Shown here: in pieces, positions 44,502-54,129 of the stretch
Layout: each line of letters begins with the position of its first letter
Numbering within the stretch: the first letter of the stretch is position 1
From: Pseudomonadota bacterium
GTDB lineage: Archaea; Thermoplasmatota; SW-10-69-26; JACQPN01; JAJPHT01
NCBI GenBank assembly: GCA_021325135.1
Contig: JAJPHT010000046.1
Coordinates: forward strand, 96,001 to 160,000
Direction: 5' to 3'
Length of the DNA: 64,000 bases
Position numbers and translations under genes: made by a program
Notes under the pieces: generated by a model
Databases searched by the model: none
What the model was told of the DNA's origin: nothing
Seen by the model: only the letters and a program-made list of their open reading frames with translations

Positions 44502-45079
44502 TGGGCGAGCTTCTGCGGCGCAGCCTGCTGGAGGCGCCCATCGTGGACTTCGGGGGCTACTCCTACTTCGTGCATCCCCTCACCGACGGCATCCCGGCCA
44601 TCGAGCCCGCGCTCCTCCGGGAGATCGTGGCGGAGATCCGCGCCGCGGCGGACCTGCGCGGCGTCGACCGCATCGTGACCGTCGAGGCCATGGGCATCCC
44701 GCTCTCGACGGCCCTCTCGCTGGAGACGGGCATCCCGGTCACGGTGATCCGCAAGCGCCGCTACGGCCTGCCCGGCGAGCAGGAGGTCGGCCAGAGGACG
44801 GGCTACGCCAAGGGGTCGCTCTTCCTCAACGGCCTCCAAAAGGGGCAGCGCATCGTCTTCGTGGACGACGTGATCAGCACCGGCGGCACGCTGGCGCCGC
44901 TCCTTCTGGCCTTCCGCGAGGCGGGCCTCGTCGTCGCGGACATCGTGGTCGTCATCGAGAAGGGGGAGGGCCGGGCGCGCGTGGAGCGCGACCTGGGCGT
45001 CCGCGTCAAGACGCTCCAGAGGATGCAGGTCCTTCACGGTCGGGTCGTTCTGGACGATGTCGGAAAAGCGCCGGGTTGA
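44501..45079 (+). CDS. hpt: Archaeal hypoxanthine/guanine phosphoribosyltransferase
   Basis: Y.YFVHP.TDG.P, EAMGIP, IRKR.YGLPGE, TGY, VDDVISTGGT; coupled to mfnA (TGATG). Confidence 0.88.
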   Translation: MGELLRRSLLEAPIVDFGGYSYFVHPLTDGIPAIEPALLREIVAEIRAAADLRGVDRIVTVEAMGIPLSTALSLETGIPVTVIRKRRYGLPGEQEVGQRTGYAKGSLFLNGLQKGQRIVFVDDVISTGGTLAPLLLAFREAGLVVADIVVVIEKGEGRARVERDLGVRVKTLQRMQVLHGRVVLDDVGKAPG

Positions 45080-45115
45080 AAGCCACCAGACCGCGATGCT
45101 CCCGTTGAGCGCGCG

Positions 45116-45886
45116 ATGGTTTCCGAAGCCCAGGTCGCGGTCCAAGGCGGGCTGGCCCTCATGACGGGGGCCCTCTACGGCTACGTGGCGCGCAACATCC
45201 GCAACCGCCGCCTCTCCCCCGAGGCCCGCGCCGCGAACCTGACCTTCGCCGTCTGGTGGCTGGCCCTGGGCGCGGTCGACCTCGCGGCGGGCGCGCTCAA
45301 CCTCGCCACCGCCTTCGGCTTCCGCGACGTCGCGATCTTCGTCACCTACGTCAACGTCGTGCTCCTCCTCATCTGCCTCGCCTTCTGGGGCCTCACGTAC
45401 TACCTCACCTACCTCTACACCGGCAGCCGGCGCGCGCTCTGGGTCCTCGGCGCGTTCTACGGCGGCCTCGGGCTGGCGCTGCTCTACCTCATCGCGTGGC
45501 TCCAGCCCACCGGCTTCGACGAGACGCAGGCGACGCTCACGCTCACCTACACGCACCAGGCGCCCCCCTTCGTGGGCACGCTCATCGGCGCGGCCCTGGT
45601 CATCCCCGTCGTCCTGGCCGCGCTGGCGTACGGCTCGCTCTTCTTCCGCGTGCGGGACCGCGCGCACCGCTTCCGCATCGGCGTCGTCGCGGGCTCGTTC
45701 CTGGGCTGGTTCGGCTGGAGCCTCCTCTCGACGCTCCTGGGGCTCAGCACGCGCTACCCCGGCTCCACCGCGCTCCTCGTGGTGAACCAGCTCATCGGCC
45801 TGGGCGTCCCCGTGGCGGTCATCGTCGCCTATCGCCCTCCGCGCTGGATCCGGCGCCGCCTCGACTCGGCGACCTACGCCCTCTGA
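45116..45886 (+). CDS. Multi-pass (about 7 TM) membrane protein
   Basis: Seven hydrophobic helices; FAVWW, YL.YLYTG, AY.PP.W motifs. Confidence 0.75.
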   Translation: MVSEAQVAVQGGLALMTGALYGYVARNIRNRRLSPEARAANLTFAVWWLALGAVDLAAGALNLATAFGFRDVAIFVTYVNVVLLLICLAFWGLTYYLTYLYTGSRRALWVLGAFYGGLGLALLYLIAWLQPTGFDETQATLTLTYTHQAPPFVGTLIGAALVIPVVLAALAYGSLFFRVRDRAHRFRIGVVAGSFLGWFGWSLLSTLLGLSTRYPGSTALLVVNQLIGLGVPVAVIVAYRPPRWIRRRLDSATYAL

Positions 45887-45919
45887 AGGCTTTTATCCCA
45901 GGGGAGCCTCGGCCCAACC

Positions 45920-47029
45920 ATGCCCTACGAGGGCGAGCACCAGCGGCGCGCCACGGGCCCCCTGTTCGAGTCCTACGACATGGACCTGGACGCCGTGGTC
46001 GCCCGCATCCGCGGCCGCGCCGGGACCAAGAGCGTGGGCCTCCAGTTCCCCGACGGGCTGCGCGACTACGCCACCGAGATCGAGCGCATCCTCGCCGCGC
46101 AGACGCCGGGCGTCGAGTACGTCATCAGCGCCGACCCCAGCTACGGCGCGTGCGACCTGGCGCTCAACCTCCAGCGCCTGGGCGTCGACCTGCTCATCCA
46201 CTTCGGGCACACCGAGATGCCCAGCATCAACCACCTCTTCGACTGGGACGTCATGTACGTCAGCGCGCGCCACAAGCTGGACGTGGGCCCCGTGAGCGCC
46301 GCGGGCGCCAGGAAGCTGTCCGAGCGGACGAACGGCGGCAAGCGCGTGGGCATCGTCACCACTGCGCAGCACCAGCACAAGCTCCACCAGATGGCGGACG
46401 CCATGAAGCGGGAGGGCTTCGAGGTCTTCGTGGGCGCGGGCGACAACCGCCTCGCCGGGCTGGGCCAGCTGCTGGGCTGCAACTACACCGCGGGCACCAG
46501 CATCGAGGAGGACGTGGACGGCTTCGTCTACGTGGGCAGCGGCGACTTCCACCCCATCGCCATCGCGTGGGGCACCGACAAGCCCGTCGTCCTGGCGGAC
46601 CCCTACAGCGGCGAGGTGCGCACGCTCGACGAGGTCATGGACCGCCTCATGCGCCAGCGCTTCGCCGCCATCCAGCGCGCCAAGGACGCCAAGGCGTTCG
46701 GCGTCCTCGTGGGCACGCGCGTCGGCCAGGAGCGCATGCGCCTCGCCCGCGGCATCAAGAAGATGCTGGAGCAGAAGGGGCACGAGGCGCACCTCATCGC
46801 GCTGGACTTCTTCTCGTGGGACAACCTGCAGTACTTCCGCCACCTGGACGCGCTGGTCAACACGTCGTGCCCGCGCATCACCACCGACGACTACGCGCGT
46901 TACCCCATGCCCATGCTGACGCCTCCGGAGCTGGAGATCGTCCTGGGCAAGCGCACGTGGGAGGAGTACGCCTTCGACGAGTTCAAGGGGACGAAGCCGC
47001 GGCCCGAGGAGCGGGTCGTGCGGCTCTGA
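45920..47029 (+). CDS. dph2: Diphthamide biosynthesis protein Dph2
   Basis: LQFPDGL, YGACD, HFGH, GQLLGCN, G.FH, CPRI..DD, P.LTP.E; TTTTAT box 29 nt upstream. Confidence 0.93.
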   Translation: MPYEGEHQRRATGPLFESYDMDLDAVVARIRGRAGTKSVGLQFPDGLRDYATEIERILAAQTPGVEYVISADPSYGACDLALNLQRLGVDLLIHFGHTEMPSINHLFDWDVMYVSARHKLDVGPVSAAGARKLSERTNGGKRVGIVTTAQHQHKLHQMADAMKREGFEVFVGAGDNRLAGLGQLLGCNYTAGTSIEEDVDGFVYVGSGDFHPIAIAWGTDKPVVLADPYSGEVRTLDEVMDRLMRQRFAAIQRAKDAKAFGVLVGTRVGQERMRLARGIKKMLEQKGHEAHLIALDFFSWDNLQYFRHLDALVNTSCPRITTDDYARYPMPMLTPPELEIVLGKRTWEEYAFDEFKGTKPRPEERVVRL

Positions 47030-47033
47030 CCGC

Positions 47034-47633
47034 CTACGCCTTCAGCGCCAGGGTCGCCAGCCGCGCGTCGATGAGGTCGAGCAGTTCGGGGAGGAGCGCG
47101 TCGGCCTGCTCCTGCGTCCAGCGGTGCTCGTCGATCTCCTCCGAGGCGGGGTTGATCAGGTCCGAGACCTCGTCGGTGTCCTGCTCCTCGAAGAAGGTGA
47201 GCGTCAGCGCGGTGGGCTTGATCCAGTGGGGCACCTTGGCCGGAAGCTCGTAGACCGTGCCGGCCGGGTGCTGGTGCGTGTGCTTCGTCAGGCGGTAGGC
47301 CTGCCCGTGGAGGAAGCGGTCGCCCGCCGGGTCCGGGTCCGCGCGGTAGGTGTAGTGCTCCAGGTGCCCGAGGAGGACCGTCCCGCGGATCCAGCCCGCG
47401 TGGTAGTGGATCGTGCCCCAGAAGCGGTCGTCGAAGGAGCACCAGTCGGGGTGGAAGACGTGCATCTTCCGCCAGACGCCGTCCTCCCGCGACAGGCCCC
47501 ACTGCAGCATGTCGCCATACTGGTCCATGGACGCCATGCCCCGCTTCCGCAGCACCGCCTGGGCCTCCTGCAGGAGGCCCGCGAGCCGCGCGGGGGGCGC
47601 CTGGGCTTGCTTGACGGGGTGGAACTCGAGCAT
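47034..47633 (-). CDS. Hypothetical protein, possibly cupin-like
   Basis: IHYH...G.VL.G..EH and G..Y.LP...PHW pattern. Confidence 0.6.
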   Translation of the reverse strand: MLEFHPVKQAQAPPARLAGLLQEAQAVLRKRGMASMDQYGDMLQWGLSREDGVWRKMHVFHPDWCSFDDRFWGTIHYHAGWIRGTVLLGHLEHYTYRADPDPAGDRFLHGQAYRLTKHTHQHPAGTVYELPAKVPHWIKPTALTLTFFEEQDTDEVSDLINPASEEIDEHRWTQEQADALLPELLDLIDARLATLALKA

Positions 47634-47761
47634 GGGCCCTCGACGGGCCTCAGAAAGGGCGCCCGATCATAGCTTTGCCTGTCACGGGCGGGTCCAAAAG
47701 TCCTTCCTCCAGGGGGCCGCTCGCGCGCCATGCCTGTCAGGTTCCCGGGGGCGGCGTAGCC

Positions 47762-48127
47762 GTGGGCGCGCTCCAGGTCGGAGCCCTGGTGGCCATCGGC
47801 CTCGTCGCCGCGCTGGGCGCCGCCTAGGTCGTCACGGGCGGCCACCTCTTCGACGGGTGCCGCATCCACGTGGAGAGCGAGGCGAGCCGCCCCCTGGCCT
47901 ACGCGGTCGATTACAAGGGGAAGGTGGACGCGGCGCGCGGGACGCTCATGCCGGGCACCACGGCGGACGTGAGGCTCTGCACGCTCTCCCCCCGCGGAGG
48001 GCCCGAGGGCACCCTGCGCGTGGCGGGCCTGGGCAACGCGACGTTCCGCCTCGACCCCACCTGCGACGACTGGCGCTTCCTGGCCAACGACACGGCCCTC
48101 GTGGCCGGGTCCCGGGCGTGCGCGTGA
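47762..48127 (+). pseudogene. Membrane-anchored/secreted protein interrupted by an in-frame TAG (47825..47827)
   Basis: GTG...VGALQVGALVAIGLVAALGAA*VVTGGHLFDGCRIHVESE... continues in frame into track ORF 47870..48127. Confidence 0.55.
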
Positions 48128-48197
48128 GCTTGTCACCCCCAGGTACAGGTCAGTTATTAATGGGCCCCTGGCCTTCGCGCGCCTGGAGGCTTCCCCG

Positions 48198-51100
48198 TTG
48201 TCCACCTTGCGAGTGGCCACGCTCACGTGCGCGCTTCTCCTCATCCTGCCCCTCGCGGCCCCCTTCGCGGGCGCTGACGCCGTCGCCGACGACTCCACGA
48301 GCGGCGCCCGCAACGTGAAGGACCCCTCGACCGTCCTCAGCGTGGGCAACCCCATCCGCGTCGTCCACTTCCGCGACGTCCTCTCGGTCTCGCCCGTCGT
48401 CTACCCGGAGAACGGGACCATCGACTACGGCCAGACCTACGACCTCACCCTCACGGCCCTGGACAGCGCGACGGTCGACCCCTCGGCCGGCACGCAGTAC
48501 CAGCTCGTCGCCCCCTCGGGCACGCTGGTGGGCCCCACCCGCAGCGCGTATGCCGACAATGAGCACTGCGGCCAGGGCGCCGGCGCGCCCCTCACCTACC
48601 AGAGGCCCTGCGGCGCGCCCTACTCCTTCGCGAACCTCAGCTTCCCCAACGTGCGGTTCAACGAGGGCGGCGTGTGGCTCGTGACGAGCGAGACCAGCGG
48701 GGCCACGGTGGCCCGGTTCGTCGTCTCGCCCCACACGGAGATCGCGGTCTCCCTGAGCAGGACGAGCGCCGCCTACAACCCCGAGGGCTCCTTCAGCTAC
48801 ATCCTCACCGCGATCTACGCGGCGAACGGCACGCCCGTCTCCGGCGCGACCATCGACGTCTTCCCCGCCGGCTCGGGGCTGGCCAACGGAGTCACCACCG
48901 ACGCCTCGGGCAGCGCCACGGTCCTCCAGACGGGAACGCCTCGCGCCAACACGTACCATTACTTCGTGAACGCCTCCGTCGCCGACGCCGTCGCGGGCTC
49001 GTGCGCCCCGGGCGATCCCGTGAGCGCGTGCAGCGATATCATGGGCGAGGCAAACCTGACCGTCGTCCCGGCGACGCTCTCCTTCGGAGCCTCCCCCTCC
49101 CCTGACGTTGGCACGCAGGACCCCGTGGCGCTCACGCCCGCGTTCCCTGACGCCAACGGCACCCTGGTCTGGACCGGCGTGCAGGACACGCCCGGCGTCT
49201 CGCTGGGCTCGGGGTACTTCCCCAACGCGTCGACGTTCAACGTCTCGGTGACCTTCCCCAACGGGACGGTCCTCTACGAGACGGGCGTGACGCGCGGCTC
49301 GCTGAGCTACCCCGTCGCGGACTTCCTCGCGTCGGACCACCTCCGGTGCTTCGATCCCAACGACGGCTCGTGGCTCTCCGGACCGGGCTCGCCCTGCTCC
49401 GCCACGGCGGCGCTGGCCTCCGCGTTCGGCGTCGACCAGGACACCGGCCAGGTCTTCTTCCAGCCCGGCTCCCTGGCGTGGCAGCCCGGCGCGTACACGG
49501 TCGCGATGCGCGTCAACAACGACGCGGCGGGCGGCTCGGAGTACGCCGGCGCGGCGACGCTGGGCTCCCCGACGCCCCCGCCCGAACTCCACCTCGCGCT
49601 CATGGACGAGGCGGGCAACCCCCTCTCGTCCCTCCCCGTGCTCCCCGCCTCGCAAGGCGCGCTCCAGCCGCAGACGGTGAAGCTGCTCCTCACGGGCGCC
49701 ACGGAGGACCAGCACCCCGCCGGCGGCACGGTGGTCGTGCTCGTCGAAGGCGCCCTCCTCACGGGCCCCGGCTACGGCGTCGTCTCCTACGACGAGGCCA
49801 CCGGCGTCGCGACCATCGCGGGCCTCGTGCCCACCGGCGCGGGGGACGTCACGTTCTTCGCGTTCTCGCAGGACGCGGCGGCCACGCTGAGCGTGCCCAC
49901 GACCGGCGGCGCGCTCCTCTCCCCCTCCGTGGGCGCCATCACGGCGGGCCCGCCCGCGGGCTTCTCCGTCTTCGTGCGCGACGCCAACGGCAACCTCGTC
50001 CCCACCGCGCAGGTGGACGCCCTCTTCGAGGACGGGACGCCCGTCTCGCCGGACCTCATGCCCGCGGACCCCTTCCCCCTCCAGGGCAACGGCGCCCCCG
50101 GGGCGGGCCGGGGCGGCGTCTACGACGTGAACCTCACCGTGGCGAGCCCCCGGAGCCTCATCCTCCAGGCCACCCTCCAGCCCCCGGGCGGCGAGGCGAG
50201 CTACGCGCTGGCGCGCGTCGACGTCCTGCCCGACCAGGCGCCCAGCGTGGCCATCGGCTCGCCCGCCTCGGGCGCCACCGTGGGCGGCCTCCTGGAGGTC
50301 CGCGGCACGGCAAGCGACCCCGACGGCAACCCCGTCTCCGTGCAGGTGCGCGTCGACGATGGCGCGTGGGTCCCCGCCAGCGGAGGCGAGTCGTGGACGA
50401 GCCTCCTCGACGCGCGCTCGCTTTCCGACGGGCCGCACGACGTGCAGGCCCAGGCCAGCGACGGATTCCTCTCCTCCCCCATCGCGACGACGCAGGTGGT
50501 CGTGCAGAACCGCGTCGCGCCCAACGTCTCCATCGTCTCGCCCTCGACGCTGGGCCCCTGGAGCGGCGACCTCCTGGTCCAGGGCCGCGCGGGGGACCTC
50601 GACGGGGGCGCTCTCACCGTGCAGGTGCGCGTCGACCAGGGCGCGTGGATGCCCGCCCGGGGCGGCGCCTCGTGGAGCCGCGTCGTCGACACGCGGGTCC
50701 TCTCCGACGGCCTCCACGACGTGGAGGCGCAGGCCCTCGACGGGGACCTCGCGTCGCCCATCGCCGAAGCGCAGTTCCGCGTGCAGAACGGAGCCGCGCC
50801 CGCCCTCGCCGTCGACTCGCCCGCCAACAGCAGCGTCGTGAGCGGCACGGTCGTGGTGACCGGCCGCGCGTACTCGCCCACGAGCGAGATCGTCAGCGTC
50901 CAGTGGAGCCTCCCCAACGGCTCGCTCCAGACGGCGTTCGGCAAGGAGAGCTGGAGCTTCTCCTTCGACTCCGTGCCGCTGACGACCGCGGGCACGCTCG
51001 AGGCGCTCGTCGTCGCGACGGACGCGCGCGGCGTCTCCACGGGCGCGATCGTGGCCCTCCACGTCGACAACCGCCCCGACCCCGCCATCGCGGCCCGTGA

Positions 51101-51500
51101 TATCACCGTGGAGCGCGCCCCCATCGTGACCGACGCGGGCAGCGTCCCCAACGTCGCGACCGAGCACCGCATCGTCCACGTCCGCGTGAGGAACCTGGGC
51201 ACCGTGGCCTCCGAAGCCTCGACGCTCGACCTCACCGCCCGCTCGCGCGACCCCACCGGGCTCAACGGAGGCGCGTGGAGCGTGGACCGCGTCCACGTCC
51301 CCGCCATCCCCGCAGGCAGCTCCGTCATCGTGGACGCCACCTGGGACACCACCGGCACCGTGGGCGACCTGGACCTCTGCGCCGCGATCGACTACGCCAA
51401 CGCCGAACGAGACACAGGCAACGACGCCGCCTGCACGCCGCAGCACGTCCTCCTGGGCGGCCTCGGCTACGGCTTCCGGCTGCCCTTGCTGGGACTCTAG
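48198..51500 (+). CDS. Large secreted surface protein with Ig-like repeats and a C-terminal CARDB-like domain
   Basis: Signal peptide; repeated P.V.I.SP...V.G.A.D.DG..VQVRVD.GAW...W...D.R.LSDG.HDV..QA.DG; V.V.N.G...ID..N.E....ND; many N-x-S/T sequons. Confidence 0.82.
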   Translation: MSTLRVATLTCALLLILPLAAPFAGADAVADDSTSGARNVKDPSTVLSVGNPIRVVHFRDVLSVSPVVYPENGTIDYGQTYDLTLTALDSATVDPSAGTQYQLVAPSGTLVGPTRSAYADNEHCGQGAGAPLTYQRPCGAPYSFANLSFPNVRFNEGGVWLVTSETSGATVARFVVSPHTEIAVSLSRTSAAYNPEGSFSYILTAIYAANGTPVSGATIDVFPAGSGLANGVTTDASGSATVLQTGTPRANTYHYFVNASVADAVAGSCAPGDPVSACSDIMGEANLTVVPATLSFGASPSPDVGTQDPVALTPAFPDANGTLVWTGVQDTPGVSLGSGYFPNASTFNVSVTFPNGTVLYETGVTRGSLSYPVADFLASDHLRCFDPNDGSWLSGPGSPCSATAALASAFGVDQDTGQVFFQPGSLAWQPGAYTVAMRVNNDAAGGSEYAGAATLGSPTPPPELHLALMDEAGNPLSSLPVLPASQGALQPQTVKLLLTGATEDQHPAGGTVVVLVEGALLTGPGYGVVSYDEATGVATIAGLVPTGAGDVTFFAFSQDAAATLSVPTTGGALLSPSVGAITAGPPAGFSVFVRDANGNLVPTAQVDALFEDGTPVSPDLMPADPFPLQGNGAPGAGRGGVYDVNLTVASPRSLILQATLQPPGGEASYALARVDVLPDQAPSVAIGSPASGATVGGLLEVRGTASDPDGNPVSVQVRVDDGAWVPASGGESWTSLLDARSLSDGPHDVQAQASDGFLSSPIATTQVVVQNRVAPNVSIVSPSTLGPWSGDLLVQGRAGDLDGGALTVQVRVDQGAWMPARGGASWSRVVDTRVLSDGLHDVEAQALDGDLASPIAEAQFRVQNGAAPALAVDSPANSSVVSGTVVVTGRAYSPTSEIVSVQWSLPNGSLQTAFGKESWSFSFDSVPLTTAGTLEALVVATDARGVSTGAIVALHVDNRPDPAIAARDITVERAPIVTDAGSVPNVATEHRIVHVRVRNLGTVASEASTLDLTARSRDPTGLNGGAWSVDRVHVPAIPAGSSVIVDATWDTTGTVGDLDLCAAIDYANAERDTGNDAACTPQHVLLGGLGYGFRLPLLGL

Positions 51501-51531
51501 TCCTCGTTCTCTGATCCCCACGACCTGAACG

Positions 51532-51553
51532 TCAGGGGGGCGAGCCCCCCTGA
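51532..51553. terminator. GC hairpin after the surface-protein gene (terminator or REP-like)
   Basis: TCAGGGGGG-CGAG-CCCCCCTGA perfect stem; a second GCGCGCGC hairpin follows. Confidence 0.4.
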
Positions 51554-51709
51554 AACCCCCCATTTTGCGCGCGCTGCGGCGCGCGCGAACTGGCAAGAAA
51601 CCCAGATGCCTGGACGCGGGGGAAAACGCTCCTGGCGCCGGCGCCGGAAAGCGGACTTGCGGCAAGGAGAAGCCCTCCACGCCCTTCCCGGGCGGGAGGT
51701 GAGGAACCC

Positions 51710-52060
51710 ATGCAGTTCCTTGTCGTCGAGAAGGTATCCACGGAAACCGCCATCACGCCGGAATTGTACGCGCAGGTCCCCGAGATCGTCCAGGCCATCG
51801 GCGACTACAACGCCGCCCTCACCAAGCAGGGCAAGGTCAAGGCATCGTGGAACCTCGCCGACGGGCCCGGCGGCGCCTTCGTCCTCGACGTCGAGTCGGG
51901 CGAAGAGCTGGAGCGCATCCTCCTGGGCTCGCCCTCCAACGCCTTCCCGATCACGCGCGAGGTCCACCCCGTGACGGGCGTGGCCTCGGGCGTGAGCGCC
52001 ATCGCCTCCACCGTCCGCGAAGCCATCGCGCACCAGAAGGCGATGCAGGCGCACCGCTAG
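51710..52060 (+). CDS. Muconolactone-isomerase/DUF3303-like dimeric barrel protein
   Basis: M.FLV, L..QGK....W..A...GG..V.DVES.EEL..IL...P, EVHP; GGAGGTGA site. Confidence 0.7.
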   Translation: MQFLVVEKVSTETAITPELYAQVPEIVQAIGDYNAALTKQGKVKASWNLADGPGGAFVLDVESGEELERILLGSPSNAFPITREVHPVTGVASGVSAIASTVREAIAHQKAMQAHR

Positions 52061-52332
52061 GCCTTCGCCTCCATGGCCGCCTTCACGCGCGCCGCCAGGT
52101 GCCGCTCGTCGTCGGCCCGGGCCACGTCCAGGAGCGACGCCTCGCCGCCCCAGTTGCGGATGTCGTGCGCGAGCGACTCCAGCGCCTGGCGGTTGGCCTC
52201 GGTGGGCTTCGCCACGTAGGCGCCGTCCTGGAGGTACGCGCCGTCCATGCGCTTCAGCGCGCGCCACGCCGCGACGCGGGGCGCGCTGGGCTCGCTGGGG
52301 ATTCGGTAGAGGAGAAGCAGCCACTTCGCCAT
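52057..52332 (-). CDS. ChrB N-terminal (DNA-binding-like) domain as a stand-alone protein
   Basis: WLLL.YRIP.EPS..RV..WR.LKR..G.YLQDG, L...I...GGEA. Confidence 0.8.
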   Translation of the reverse strand: MAKWLLLLYRIPSEPSAPRVAAWRALKRMDGAYLQDGAYVAKPTEANRQALESLAHDIRNWGGEASLLDVARADDERHLAARVKAAMEAKA

Positions 52333-52333
52333 G

Positions 52334-52750
52334 CTATCGTTCCGCCTGCGCCCTGGCGCGCGCGTAGAGGGCGTCGAAGACGGCGGACGCGCGCTCCAGG
52401 ACCTTGTGGTCGTCGGGCTCCGCGAGGGTGAGGCCGCGCAGCACTGCGTCGACGCCCGGGCTCTCGGGAAGCTCCAGCAGGTGGAGGTCGATGTCGTGGA
52501 CGATCCGCGCCACGGCGACGAGGCCCGCGTCGCCCGCGAGCTTGTGGTCCTCCACGAGCGCCTCGAAGGTGCACGCCTCGCCGCGGTGGCCCGCCCTGGC
52601 GCCGGGCACGTCGAAGGGCGTGGCGCCCGCGGGGAAGTCCGCGCCGGGGGGCACGAAGGCGAAGCTCGCCCGGGGGTCGATGAACCGCTTGATGAGCCAC
52701 GCGCTGCCGCACCGGTCCACGTGCGGCCGCGCCCGGGTCGCCCACTGCAT
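52334..52750 (-). CDS. ChrB C-terminal domain as a stand-alone protein (chromate-resistance family)
   Basis: W.TR.RPHVDR....WLI.RFID..A.F.F, TPFD..G...HRG..CTFE, A.IVHD.D, E..G...L.GL, FDALY. Confidence 0.88.
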   Translation of the reverse strand: MQWATRARPHVDRCGSAWLIKRFIDPRASFAFVPPGADFPAGATPFDVPGARAGHRGEACTFEALVEDHKLAGDAGLVAVARIVHDIDLHLLELPESPGVDAVLRGLTLAEPDDHKVLERASAVFDALYARARAQAER

Positions 52751-52774
52751 GGAGCGGAGTGGAGCGCCCGGAAG

Positions 52775-52846
52775 CTTAAACGTAACGATCGTTACGTGTC
52801 GTAACGACCGTTACGTTCATGCTCCTGGTCGCGTAACCATCGTTAC
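52775..52846 (-). promoter_or_regulatory. TATA box (TTTAAG, 52775..52780) plus three palindromic operators GTAAC-N4-GTTAC
   Basis: GTAACGATCGTTAC 52782..52795, GTAACGACCGTTAC 52801..52814, GTAACCATCGTTAC 52833..52846; TATA 25 nt from the ATG. Confidence 0.8.
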
Positions 52847-52961
52847 ATGACGCTGGGCCCCGGCGACGCGGCAGCGCTGCGGGCGGAGCGCGTCGCGCTC
52901 CCGCGCCCGCCCGCGCGGCGCCCCCTCGCGTGGGGCGGCCTCGCGGCGGCGCTGCGCCGGC

Positions 52962-53342
52962 TCACCGCGGCTGCACGACGCAGAACTCGTGCCCGTCGGG
53001 GTCGCGCATGACGATCCAGTTGAGCCCCTCCTCGTCGGGGTAGGGCCAGCCCTCGGCGCGCGTCGCGCCCAGCTTCTCCAGGCGCTTCGCCTCGCGCTCC
53101 ATGTCGTCGGTGAACACCTCCAGGTGCACGGCGTTCACCGCGTCCGCCGGCTTGCGCTCGTCCGTGGGCTGGAGGCCGATGCGCGCCGCGCGCGTGTCCG
53201 TGGGGTGGCGCAGCGACCAGAACTCCTCGCTCTTGTGGGCGACCTTGTAGCCCAGCGCGCGGGACCAGAAGCGCGCCGCGCGCTCCACGTCCGTCGTGTC
53301 CAGGACGATGCGGGCGAGCTTGAGGCCGGGGCGGTCGGGCAT
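52962..53342 (-). CDS. VOC family (glyoxalase-like) protein
   Basis: A.FWS.ALG, N.VHL, RL..LGA, W.VM.DPDG.EFCV. Confidence 0.85.
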   Translation of the reverse strand: MPDRPGLKLARIVLDTTDVERAARFWSRALGYKVAHKSEEFWSLRHPTDTRAARIGLQPTDERKPADAVNAVHLEVFTDDMEREAKRLEKLGATRAEGWPYPDEEGLNWIVMRDPDGHEFCVVQPR

Positions 53343-53401
53343 GCGTGGCGCAGCGCGCCCGCCCGGGATGAGCCTGCTGCCGGCGCTGGCCGGGGCGCGC
53401 C

Positions 53402-54064
53402 CTACGGGGCGGCGGCCCGCGCGACGAGGCCCGCGTCCCGCAGGCGCGCCTCGAAGGCCGAGGCGAACGCGCGCACGCACGCGTCGCGGTTGGCCTCGGT
53501 CACCTGCATGGAGTGGACGTCCAGGTGCAGCACGAGGTCGATCCCGCCGCCTGCGGGCCGCGCCTCGCCGTGGACCTTGACGCCGCCGCGGCGCTCCAGG
53601 GCCCGCCGGGCCGCGGCGCACGCCTTGGCCGCGGCCTTGCGCAGCACGCGGTCGGAGGGCGCTCCGTCCACGCGCCAGCGCAGGGTCCGGCGCGAATGGC
53701 TCTCCCAGTCCCACGACGCGGGGTTGCGGAAGCGGTTCCAGGCCGCCGAGCCGCCCAGCGGGTTGTCCGGGGTCCAGTTCCAGCCCGGGTAGACGAGCCC
53801 GACGTGGATGACGGGGGGCTCGCCAGGCTTGGGCTCGCGCAGGGGCGGCGTCACGTAGGGCGGGGGCGGAGCCGGGCTGCCGGAGGGAGCGGTCGCGCCG
53901 CCACGCAGGCCGGCGAGGCCCGCGGCCGCCAGGGCGGCGCCGAAGACGAGCGGCGAGACGACGAAGGTGGGGCGCCCTCCCGCCCCGCCCAGGGCGGCGA
54001 CGATCCCCAGGAGCATGACCAGCGCGCCCGCCGTGGCGAGCGCGATCGAGAAGCCTCTTCGCAT
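53402..54064 (-). CDS. Hypothetical membrane-anchored protein
   Basis: Two N-terminal TM helices, Pro-rich linker, Trp-rich globular part. Confidence 0.55.
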   Translation of the reverse strand: MRRGFSIALATAGALVMLLGIVAALGGAGGRPTFVVSPLVFGAALAAAGLAGLRGGATAPSGSPAPPPPYVTPPLREPKPGEPPVIHVGLVYPGWNWTPDNPLGGSAAWNRFRNPASWDWESHSRRTLRWRVDGAPSDRVLRKAAAKACAAARRALERRGGVKVHGEARPAGGGIDLVLHLDVHSMQVTEANRDACVRAFASAFEARLRDAGLVARAAAP

Positions 54065-54129
54065 GGGGCTTCGAGCCGATGGCCAGGTCTTGAGGGCTTC
54101 GTGCTTACTCCAGGGGGGTTCCGAGATCG

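Noticed and set aside
47825-47827. Genome-wide amber recoding
   Set aside because: TAG ends several conserved genes at their expected C-termini (e.g. rpoA'', rpoH, aguA)
52847-53011. Short plus-strand ORF diverging from the chrB operators
   Set aside because: Arg/Ala-rich, overlaps the VOC gene end, and shows no recognisable transporter motif
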